In this document: piece by piece, positions 8,908 through 16,714 of the stretch
How the letters are laid out: each line of letters opens with the position of its first letter
Numbering within the stretch: the stretch's first letter is position 1
NCBI RefSeq assembly: GCF_000011805.1
Contig: NC_006841.2
Length of the DNA stretch: 32,000 bases
From: Aliivibrio fischeri ES114
GTDB taxonomy: Bacteria; Pseudomonadota; Gammaproteobacteria; Enterobacterales; Vibrionaceae
Reading direction: 5' to 3' (one strand)
The notes under the pieces: model-generated
What the model saw: only the letters and a program-made list of their open reading frames with translations
What the model was told of the DNA's origin: nothing
The model's database searches: none
Position numbers and translations under genes: made by a program

Positions 8908-9426
8908 TTGTCACAACATGTTGAATTGTTAGAAACCGTAGAAGAGTGTGATGATGCAACGTCATTTCTTTGTGCTTCTAACAAGTTAATTAATCTCAAA
9001 CTAAAAGCACTATTACCTAATATTTTTGTTCAAGATGAATTGGTGATGGAGTATGCCGTGGAGCCACTTTTAAAAGAAGATGGTCCGCTTGTGACGACTG
9101 ATGTGGTATCTAAATTGATGTTTGCGATGGGGAAAATATCATTAGAAACTTATGCAGATATTGGATTGTACGCCCAAGTTTTAGAATACGCGCAAAGTCA
9201 GCCAAATAAACTGTCATTTGGTGATGATATGATCTATGACTTTATTAGCAATCAAGCGGTATTATCAACACAGCAAGACAGCTTTTATCTTGAGTCAATC
9301 AATCAGTTAAAGTTTTCTTCTTTTGAAGTCTTTTCTCAAATGAGATATGAGTCTCTAATAAAAACCGTTCTCAAACTTTCTTGTGAAATGTTATTAGAAA
9401 AGATAGAAGAGGAAATCACTCAATAA
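8908..9426 (+). CDS. yggD: MtlR/YggD-family regulator
   Basis: 172 aa. YAVEPLLKEDGPLVTTDVVSKLMFAMGKISLETYADI matches the MtlR family core. TTG start at 8908 preceded by GAGAGG. Confidence 0.75.
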   Translation: MSQHVELLETVEECDDATSFLCASNKLINLKLKALLPNIFVQDELVMEYAVEPLLKEDGPLVTTDVVSKLMFAMGKISLETYADIGLYAQVLEYAQSQPNKLSFGDDMIYDFISNQAVLSTQQDSFYLESINQLKFSSFEVFSQMRYESLIKTVLKLSCEMLLEKIEEEITQ

Positions 9427-9435
9427 GGTTTCCAA

Positions 9436-10170
9436 ATGAAAGTGAATTTAAATGTTAGTGGTTTTGATACCGAAGCGTTTTTTCCAGATAAAGACATCGC
9501 AAAAATTCACAAACCGTTAGTGGAAAAATTTACTCGGTTATATCAAGAGCAAGAAGAACGAATAGTTATTTTTCTTTGCGCTCCCCCAGGAAGTGGTAAG
9601 TCAACATTGGCTGCATTTTGGGAGTATTTATCTCAGCAATCTTCGTCCATTGAACCACTTCAAGTATTGCCATTTGATGGTTTTCATTACACCAATGAAA
9701 TTTTAGAAAGTAATACCACACAACGAAATGGTGAAATCATCTCGTTAAGAAGCATTAAAGGTGGGTTTGAAACGTTCAACCTTACGGATTTGATTCATAA
9801 ATTAAAACAGTTGAAAACACAATCGCCAAAGTGGCCATATTACGATCGTAATTTGCATGACCCTGTTGATGATGCCATTCAGGTTGATAAAAATATCGTG
9901 GTGGTAGAGGGTAATTGGTTATTACTGGATGAGCCAGTTTGGTGTGATTTATATAAGCTTGCAGATTTTACTGTATTTATTGATACGGATGCGGAGTTTT
10001 TAAAAGATAGATTGGTTAATCGTAAAATACGAGGTGGAGTATCAGAAGAGGATGCATTAGCATTTTATGAGAGTTCAGATGCGATAAATGTAGAGAAAGT
10101 ACTTAATCACAGCATTAAAGCTGATTTGAATTTGTATATGAATCAAAATGGATCGTTTGAAATTCAGTAG
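9436..10170 (+). CDS. yggC: P-loop sugar/nucleoside kinase family protein (YggC-like)
   Basis: 244 aa. Walker A FLCAPPGSGKST followed by TLAAFWEYL, PFDGFHYTNE, YDRNLHDPVDDAI, VVVEGNWLLLDEPVW. Confidence 0.83.
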   Translation: MKVNLNVSGFDTEAFFPDKDIAKIHKPLVEKFTRLYQEQEERIVIFLCAPPGSGKSTLAAFWEYLSQQSSSIEPLQVLPFDGFHYTNEILESNTTQRNGEIISLRSIKGGFETFNLTDLIHKLKQLKTQSPKWPYYDRNLHDPVDDAIQVDKNIVVVEGNWLLLDEPVWCDLYKLADFTVFIDTDAEFLKDRLVNRKIRGGVSEEDALAFYESSDAINVEKVLNHSIKADLNLYMNQNGSFEIQ

Positions 10171-10179
10171 GAGAGAAAA

Positions 10180-10926
10180 ATGAACGTTGTTGTTGATACA
10201 CACACACATACTCTTGCTAGTGGTCATGCCTATAGCACGATCATTGAAAATGCACGATCTGCACAGAATAAGGGGCTAAAACTTCTTTGTACCACTGATC
10301 ATGCTCCTGAGATGCCGGGAGCCCCCCATTACTGGTATTTCAATAATCAGAGAATTTTGCCCCGCTTTCTTCATCAAGTTGGTATTCTTCGTGGTGTTGA
10401 AGCGAATATATTAAATGTGAAAGGTGAAATAGATTTACCTTCTTCGTCAGATCAACATTTAGATTGGGTTATTGCGAGTTTTCATGAACCTGTATTTGCG
10501 CCCGCAAGTGAAGCCGAACATACTGCCGCTTTACTTAATGTGATAAAAAGTGGCCGTATTGATGTGCTTGGTCATTCAGGAAACCCAAACTATCCGTTTG
10601 ATATTGAACGAGTCCTACAATGTGCAAAAGAACATAACGTTGCGATAGAAGTAAATAATACATCGTTAACAGGAAAAAGCCGTAAAGGAAGTGACGTTCG
10701 TTGCGATAAAATTGTTGAAATAGGTAAAGAGGTTGGTGTGTACTTTACAACAGGATCTGACGCTCATTTTTGTGAGGAAATTGCACGATTAGAGCTGGCA
10801 ATTGCATTGCTTGAAAAATACGAAATCTCAGAAGATAAGATCATTACGACATCGACATCTCGCTTTCTTAATTTTCTCTTGTTAAGAGGAAAGCCAATTA
10901 TTCCAGAATTTGATAGCTTGTATTAA
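10180..10926 (+). CDS. PHP-domain phosphatase/phosphoesterase (YcdX-like)
   Basis: 248 aa. [75 protein letters not shown]: metal-binding PHP motifs. 9 nt after the yggC-like gene. Confidence 0.85.
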   Translation: MNVVVDTHTHTLASGHAYSTIIENARSAQNKGLKLLCTTDHAPEMPGAPHYWYFNNQRILPRFLHQVGILRGVEANILNVKGEIDLPSSSDQHLDWVIASFHEPVFAPASEAEHTAALLNVIKSGRIDVLGHSGNPNYPFDIERVLQCAKEHNVAIEVNNTSLTGKSRKGSDVRCDKIVEIGKEVGVYFTTGSDAHFCEEIARLELAIALLEKYEISEDKIITTSTSRFLNFLLLRGKPIIPEFDSLY

Positions 10927-10957
10927 CTGATAAAACTGAACTGCTAATAGACAGTAA

Positions 10958-10988
10958 AAAGCCGATACACATGACGAGTATTGGCTTT
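10958..10988. terminator. Bidirectional terminator-like hairpin between convergent genes
   Basis: AAAGCCgATAC-acatgacga-GTATtGGCTTT: 11-nt arms with one G-T wobble, A/T flanks, between the stops of convergent genes. Confidence 0.75.
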
Positions 10989-11014
10989 CTTATTCGTATT
11001 GCCTTGAGACGTAT

Positions 11015-12223
11015 TTACACGCTTTGCAATCTCAGTCTTTCTACTGGTTTATCATTTATTGGTAAATGAATTAATGCTGCACAGAAAGCAAGCACCACTG
11101 TAGACCACCAGATTGGTTCATATGAACCGTAGTAATCGTAAATACGACCACCAGCCCAAGCACCTAAAAAACTGCCTATTTGGTGAGTAAAGAACACTAA
11201 GCCATACAAGGTTGATAAGTAACGAGCACCGAAGATTTGTCGTACTAAACCAGAGGTCAATGGCACAGTGCCTAACCAACAGAAACCAATCGCACCGCCG
11301 AAGATAGCTGCTGTATGTTCTGTTACAGGTAAAGTGACGAATGCACCAATCACAATAGTACGTACAAAATATAATGCGGACATAACATGACGTTTGTTGA
11401 ATTTGTCTCCCATTACACCCCAGAAGTAAGATCCAAAGATATTGAAGATGCCGACATAAGCCAGTGCCATTGCTGCACTTGATGCTGGCAAGTGTTTATC
11501 GGCTAAATAACTTGGTAAATGCGTCGCAATAAACATGACATGGAAGCCACATACAAAGAAACCAGCATGAATTAACCAGTATCCTTTATGTGAAAATGCT
11601 TCTTTTAGAGCTTCAGTAAGGGTTTGAGTATCTTCTATTGCTGCTGTTTGTGAGCTTGGTTTTGCGGTTTTCATAAATAACGCAAAAGCCACCATAAGCG
11701 TACATAACATTGCAAACACTTGCATTGCAATTTGCCAGTTAAAATCGTGTAGCAGCGTTTGTGCGCCAGGGATCATGGCAAACATACCAAATGAACCAGC
11801 GGCTGTCGTTAAGCCAAATGCTTTAGCTGCGTGCTCAGCAGGAACCACTTTTGCTACCGCTCCTAAAATGATCACATAGCTTGTTGCACTTAATCCAAGG
11901 CCAACTAATGCACCAAGAGAGACATAAAGCATACTTGATTCAGTTGTTATAGACGTGAGAGCAAGACCTAATGCATAAGCGATAGCACCAATAATGATAA
12001 TGCGTTTAGAGCCCCATTTGTCAGATGCCATGCCTATAAATGGTTGGAAAATACCAAATAAAAGGTTTTGTAGTGCAATAGCAAAACTGAAAAATTCACG
12101 ACCTGTTTGGAAGTGCTCTGATATTGGCATCATAAAAATGCCGAACGATTGTCTGATCCCTAGACTGATAATTAAAATCCCGATCCCAAGCCATACTAGT
12201 GGTGGAAAACGAAAAATACTCAT
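11015..12223 (-). CDS. Major facilitator superfamily transporter
   Basis: 402 aa polytopic protein. MFS motifs FIGMASDKWGSKRIIIIG and YFWGVMGDKFNKRHVMS. Confidence 0.9.
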   Translation of the reverse strand: MSIFRFPPLVWLGIGILIISLGIRQSFGIFMMPISEHFQTGREFFSFAIALQNLLFGIFQPFIGMASDKWGSKRIIIIGAIAYALGLALTSITTESSMLYVSLGALVGLGLSATSYVIILGAVAKVVPAEHAAKAFGLTTAAGSFGMFAMIPGAQTLLHDFNWQIAMQVFAMLCTLMVAFALFMKTAKPSSQTAAIEDTQTLTEALKEAFSHKGYWLIHAGFFVCGFHVMFIATHLPSYLADKHLPASSAAMALAYVGIFNIFGSYFWGVMGDKFNKRHVMSALYFVRTIVIGAFVTLPVTEHTAAIFGGAIGFCWLGTVPLTSGLVRQIFGARYLSTLYGLVFFTHQIGSFLGAWAGGRIYDYYGSYEPIWWSTVVLAFCAALIHLPINDKPVERLRLQSV

Positions 12224-12232
12224 AATGTGCTC

Positions 12233-12415
12233 TTAGTGATGGTGGTGAGAATGATGGTGGTTATGATCTTGCCCTGTTTGCTGATGACAACCGCTATTAA
12301 CTGCTTGCTGAGCTAATAAATTTAATAAGGTTGGTGAGTTGTGAACTGCAATTAGACTTAAAACCAATAAAACACTCATTCTGACCAATTGAGCGAAAAT
12401 GGATTGTGAAAACAT
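12233..12415 (-). CDS. Small exported-looking His-rich protein or leader peptide upstream of the MFS gene
   Basis: 60 aa MFSQSIFAQLVRMSVLLVLSLIAVHNSPTLLNLLAQQAVNSGCHQQTGQDHNHHHSHHHH. Hydrophobic N-terminus, His-rich C-terminus checked against the DNA. The stop (TAA) is 9 nt before the MFS ATG and forms part of its TAAGAG SD. Confidence 0.6.
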   Translation of the reverse strand: MFSQSIFAQLVRMSVLLVLSLIAVHNSPTLLNLLAQQAVNSGCHQQTGQDHNHHHSHHHH

Positions 12416-12418
12416 GCT

Positions 12419-12446
12419 GCGCTCTTAGGGTTAAAAATAAGAGCGC
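12419..12446 (-). promoter_or_regulatory. Inverted repeat in the leader of the His-rich ORF (operator, or hairpin that sequesters the SD)
   Basis: GCGCTCTTA-gggttaaaaa-TAAGAGCGC: perfect 9-bp arms. On the minus strand the proximal arm UAAGAGCGC sits 3 nt before the ATG and contains the only SD-like sequence. Confidence 0.55.
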
Positions 12447-12795
12447 GAATAGTATGGAAAGAGACTTGATGAGGCAAATGACCATTTGTAAAGTGGTATA
12501 TGCATTTTTTGCATATATAACGACAATAAGGCTTTTTAATAGTAAATAATGCGTTTATTTTTTCATTTTCACTATTTCATTACATATTTCTTATATTAAA
12601 TTGGTTATTTGTTTAATATATGTTTTTTATTTTAGATATGTATGTTTTTTATATTTAGACCTGTTTTGCTTAAATAGTTGCATAATTTACTGCTTTATTT
12701 AAATAAGTATTGAGCAACAGGATTATATATTAGTAACATTTTTGTGTTAATCACAATTAACGTCAGTTTTTAATATAAATATATGGAATATAAAA

Positions 12796-13569
12796 ATGAA
12801 TAAGATCTTTAAAAAAACGCTATTATGCTGCTCTACAGCAATTGTATTTTCTAGTGCAGCTTCTGCATCTGTTGTTATTCATGAACAGCAAAAAACACCT
12901 GCTTATTTTCAACATGATGGTGTAACTAATACTCAATTGGTAAATGATAGTTTAACGACGATCGTTGCTGATGAACAGTATATGATTTTAGAATCGAATA
13001 ATGTTGATACTGAAACGGGCGGTGCGAACTCTCATACTATTACTGTGTTTGGTTTAACAACGGGCTCTCAAGATACATCAACGGTTAAATATGATGTTAT
13101 CGTTAATGACTATGATCAAGATATCGTTCCTAATTACGTTCTAGGAACAAGTGTGACTGGTACAAAACTGCTAGATGACGCTGGTATTCATATTTACTCA
13201 CCGAGCACTGTTACCCTTGATGGAAAAGAGCTAAATGAAGCTATTGATGCAAGCGCTGGTGCTGCTTCATATAGCTTACCATTAATTGTTGATGGTGAGT
13301 CAGTTGCTGATGTTCAATATAAGATTGAATATGGCAACAACATTATCGTAACTCCAGGAACTAACACACCGTCATATGGTTTGAACCAAGCGGTTACTCC
13401 TGAGCAATTATTTGTAGATTCAGGTGCAACTGTAGATAGTAACGAAGAGGTTGCTATTATTGGTAGTGTGAATACAGCTGAATCAGGTAACCACACGGCT
13501 AATCTAAAAGTGATTGGTTTAACCACAGGTTCTTCTGAAGATATTGCTATTAATTACTCAGTAAATTAA
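12796..13569 (+). CDS. Secreted protein of unknown function with about three tandem Ig-like/DUF5011-like repeats
   Basis: 257 aa. Signal peptide (CCSTAIVFSSAASA). Repeats start at TPAYFQHDGVTNTQLVND, VPNYVLGTSVTGTKLLDD and TPSYGLNQAVTPEQLFVD. GLTTGS recurs. Confidence 0.7.
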   Translation: MNKIFKKTLLCCSTAIVFSSAASASVVIHEQQKTPAYFQHDGVTNTQLVNDSLTTIVADEQYMILESNNVDTETGGANSHTITVFGLTTGSQDTSTVKYDVIVNDYDQDIVPNYVLGTSVTGTKLLDDAGIHIYSPSTVTLDGKELNEAIDASAGAASYSLPLIVDGESVADVQYKIEYGNNIIVTPGTNTPSYGLNQAVTPEQLFVDSGATVDSNEEVAIIGSVNTAESGNHTANLKVIGLTTGSSEDIAINYSVN

Positions 13570-13591
13570 TCAAAAGTCATATTTAGAATAT

Positions 13592-13620
13592 AAGCCATGG
13601 TAGAGATATCATGGCTTTTT
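13592..13620 (+). terminator. Rho-independent terminator after the repeat-protein gene
   Basis: AAGCCATG-gtagagatat-CATGGCTT followed by TTT. Confidence 0.75.
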
Positions 13621-14080
13621 ATTTGATTTCGCCAACAATAACTTCTTCAACTTTACTGTTTAAGAATAAATTACGTTTAATGATTGGATTGACTGCGGCT
13701 AATGATGCAGAAACACCACTCCACCCTTCAGTATTTGCTTTTAATTCTACATAAGCGACATTATTTTTGATTCTAAAATGCGTCACTCTGCCTGCATCCT
13801 TATAAGTTGCATCGAATATCTCTTGAGCACTTGTTTGAGATAAATCTTTAAATGATGTTTTCGGAATACACTTATTTTTATAAGAGGTCGATTGTAATGG
13901 ATTTGTTCCGCCAATTTGTGAAAACTCAGCCATCGCATTACGATATGCAGAAATATCTTCAGGCAACGACAATATATATTCGTCATTATTACAAGTGACT
14001 GTATTTGAGATTAATTGGGATTCAGGACTACAGCCAGAAAGAAGTGCTAATAATGATATGAACGAAAGAGGTGCTTTCAT
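13619..14080 (-). CDS. Putative lipoprotein of unknown function
   Basis: 153 aa. Lipobox-like signal (MKAPLSFISLLALLSGCSPES). Confidence 0.6.
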   Translation of the reverse strand: MKAPLSFISLLALLSGCSPESQLISNTVTCNNDEYILSLPEDISAYRNAMAEFSQIGGTNPLQSTSYKNKCIPKTSFKDLSQTSAQEIFDATYKDAGRVTHFRIKNNVAYVELKANTEGWSGVSASLAAVNPIIKRNLFLNSKVEEVIVGEIK

Positions 14081-14369
14081 TTTTGATTTTCTGCAAGTTA
14101 GTTATAAGTATATTTAGTTAGTTTATAGAATAAACTGTCAAAAAGGTGTCTTTATTTTGATAATTATGGAAGCGAGTGCAGATTTTATAGGATTTGGTAT
14201 CCATATAGAAGATATTTATATATTTATTATTCGAATGTAATTTCAAATCCTATTTTTATTATCTATTTTGCCTTGTTATGCACTTTATTTTTTGATCTCC
14301 TTATCTGTACGAGTATTGGTAAATTTTCTATTTTTTCCTACACTTAAATGAGTATAAAAAGGAGTGTTT

Positions 14370-14903
14370 ATGAAAGGGATTATTTTTTCAGAGTTTTTAG
14401 AGTTAGTTGAAGATAAATTTGGGTTAGAAGTTTGTCAGCAAATGTTGGATGAAAATAATGATGAAGGGGCTTACACCGCTGTTGGTACTTATGATCACAA
14501 GCATTTGGTAAAACTCATTATATCATTGAGTAAAGTCACTGGCGTAAGCATTGAAGATTTACAGCAAGTGTATGGAAAGTCAGTTTTTCTTACTTTATTT
14601 CAAAGCATGCCAGAGTTAGATGGACAGGCATTAAATACGTTTGAATTTATCAAACAAGTAGAAAGCTACATTCACTTAGAAGTGAAGAAGTTATACGCTG
14701 AAGCGAACCCTCCGCGTTTTAAGTTTATATCAAGTACAGAGACCGAAATGGTAATGGATTATATCTCTGCTCGTTGTTTCTCTCATGTTTGTTTTGGATT
14801 GATTTTAGGTTGTGCAGAACATTTTAATGAGATAATCGATATTCAGATGACTCCTGTTTTAGATGATGGTTCTCAAGTTCGTTTTACCTTAACTAAATCA
14901 TAA
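14370..14903 (+). CDS. hnoX: H-NOX heme-based NO sensor
   Basis: Start ATG 14370 (MKGIIFSEFLELVEDKFG) with GGAG SD at 14361. Proximal His context YIHLEVKKLYAEANPPRF and heme propionate motif YxSxR as YISAR. A histidine kinase gene follows. Confidence 0.9.
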   Translation: MKGIIFSEFLELVEDKFGLEVCQQMLDENNDEGAYTAVGTYDHKHLVKLIISLSKVTGVSIEDLQQVYGKSVFLTLFQSMPELDGQALNTFEFIKQVESYIHLEVKKLYAEANPPRFKFISSTETEMVMDYISARCFSHVCFGLILGCAEHFNEIIDIQMTPVLDDGSQVRFTLTKS

Positions 14904-14921
14904 ACGATTAAGGCGGGATAA

Positions 14922-16649
14922 ATGGATGTTGATAAAACAATTGAATTATTGAATCGGAAAATTAAACGAGAAAAGGCAGCGAGAAAAGCGGCTGAGGGAC
15001 TATTGGAACGTAAAAGCCATGAGCTCTATATGGCAAAGCAATTAGTAGAAGATACCTTGTTTACTGTCCAAGAGAAGGCTGAAAAAGACGTTGTTTTACT
15101 TGAGTTCAAAAGCTATCTCGATTCTATTTTATTAGATTACAATCAGCGATTATTAAAGGAGCAACCAACCCAAATGTTGTTGCAGAGTCTGATTAATGAT
15201 TTAGGTTGTCTTAACAGTATCCAATCCGTGTGTTTGTCTTTTTCGTCTAACGCCAACGAAACACTCACTCAATTATATGCCGGAAAGCATCAAGAGTTTG
15301 AAACGCTTTCTCAAGCTTCTTATCCTGTTCAATGGAATGAAAGCCTGACTCAAATAACAGTTTTTTTTGAACTTGAAAACATTGAATCAGGTGCTATTCA
15401 ACTTATCTTTAATACCTCACCAAATACAATGTGGCGCGATACGATAGAGAAACAGTTTAGTCTTATTTCTGAAATGATTAACGCTGCGTTTGAACGTAAA
15501 TATTTACTTGATAAAACCCTTAAAGAGAAAAAAAGAGCAGAAAGTTCAGAAAGAGCAACAAGAGACTTCGTTGCGATGATAAACCATGAATTAAGAACAC
15601 CATTAAATGGTTTATTAGGTTCAGCTGAACTTATGGAAGATACAGAAATAACGGACTATCAAAAGAAGCTACTAGAGACAATTCATCAATCAGGTCAAAT
15701 GCTAAGGATCATAATTAATGATTTGCTTGATTTTAGTAAGATGAGTGCAGGAATGTTAGAGCTTAAAATGGCAAATTTTAAGCCTTGTATCTTAGTGAAA
15801 ACTATCGAGCAGATCTTTACGCCACAGATGGCAGAAAAATGCTTACGATTTGATATCCATATTGCTGATAATTTGCCACAGACTCTTATGGGGGATATTG
15901 ATAGAGTTCAGCAAATTTTAGTGAACTTAATTGGTAATGCTTTTAAGTTTACGAAAAGTGGGCATATTAGTTTGAAAGTGGGTTGGCAGAAAAACGCTTT
16001 AGTTTTAATCGTATCTGATACTGGCTGTGGGATACCTCAAGATAAACAAAAGCTGCTTTTTGAGCCATTTACTCAAGTTGACAATTCTAGTCAAAGACAA
16101 TTTGAAGGCACGGGGCTTGGTTTATCTATTTGTAAATTACTCGTTGATGCGATGTCTGGCGAGTTAAGTTTTAAAAGTGAGCTAGGCGAAGGTTCTGAAT
16201 TTCAAGTTAAACTCCCATTAGAGGTAGTCTGTGAACAAAGAACACATTCAAGTGAAGATAATCAGTTGTCTTTTTCAATTGAGAATCTGTCTATTCTCGC
16301 GGTTGAAGATATTAAAATGAACCAAGTAATTTTAAATATGATGCTAAAGAAACTTGGAATAACTCCTGATTTTGCGAATGATGGTATGGAAGCGTTAACC
16401 TATTTACAAGAACACGATGTTGATATTGTTTTAATGGATTGTCGAATGCCGATTCTTGATGGATTTGAAACGACAAAACGTTTAAGGAAGCAAGGGTATA
16501 AAAAGCCCATCTTAGCATTGACCGCGGGAACCACTTCAATGGAGGTTGAAGCTTGTATTGAGGCGGGAATGGATGACACTTTGAGTAAACCTTATAAAGC
16601 AATAGAGTTAGAAGCAATGTTAAAGCTTTGGGGTTCTAAGTATGTATAA
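14922..16649 (+). CDS. hnoK: Soluble hybrid histidine kinase (HnoK/HahK-type H-NOX partner)
   Basis: 575 aa. H box MINHELRTPLNGLLG, ATP-binding motifs (NLIGNAFKFT, DTGCGIP, GTGLGLSI), receiver domain (VLMDCRMPILDGFETT). 18 nt downstream of the H-NOX gene. Confidence 0.88.
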   Translation: MDVDKTIELLNRKIKREKAARKAAEGLLERKSHELYMAKQLVEDTLFTVQEKAEKDVVLLEFKSYLDSILLDYNQRLLKEQPTQMLLQSLINDLGCLNSIQSVCLSFSSNANETLTQLYAGKHQEFETLSQASYPVQWNESLTQITVFFELENIESGAIQLIFNTSPNTMWRDTIEKQFSLISEMINAAFERKYLLDKTLKEKKRAESSERATRDFVAMINHELRTPLNGLLGSAELMEDTEITDYQKKLLETIHQSGQMLRIIINDLLDFSKMSAGMLELKMANFKPCILVKTIEQIFTPQMAEKCLRFDIHIADNLPQTLMGDIDRVQQILVNLIGNAFKFTKSGHISLKVGWQKNALVLIVSDTGCGIPQDKQKLLFEPFTQVDNSSQRQFEGTGLGLSICKLLVDAMSGELSFKSELGEGSEFQVKLPLEVVCEQRTHSSEDNQLSFSIENLSILAVEDIKMNQVILNMMLKKLGITPDFANDGMEALTYLQEHDVDIVLMDCRMPILDGFETTKRLRKQGYKKPILALTAGTTSMEVEACIEAGMDDTLSKPYKAIELEAMLKLWGSKYV

Positions 16650-16675
16650 AAAGCCTCACAATATTGCGAGGCTTT
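16650..16675. terminator. Terminator-like hairpin between convergent genes
   Basis: AAAGCCTC-acaatattgc-GAGGCTTT. Confidence 0.7.
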
Positions 16676-16714
16676 GAATTATAAGAATGTATATTGGAAT
16701 ATTAAGATCAAGCG

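Noticed and set aside
11994-12236. 80-aa plus-strand ORF antisense to the MFS N-terminus
   Set aside because: Overlaps conserved MFS coding sequence; composition looks like a shadow ORF.
12297-12485. 62-aa minus-strand ORF overlapping the His-rich ORF in another frame
   Set aside because: It does not abut the MFS gene and has no convincing SD. The alternative frame has signal peptide-like and His-rich features and a coupled stop, so it is preferred.
13314-13526. 70-aa minus-strand ORF in the repeat-protein gene
   Set aside because: Antisense to a coherent tandem-repeat protein.
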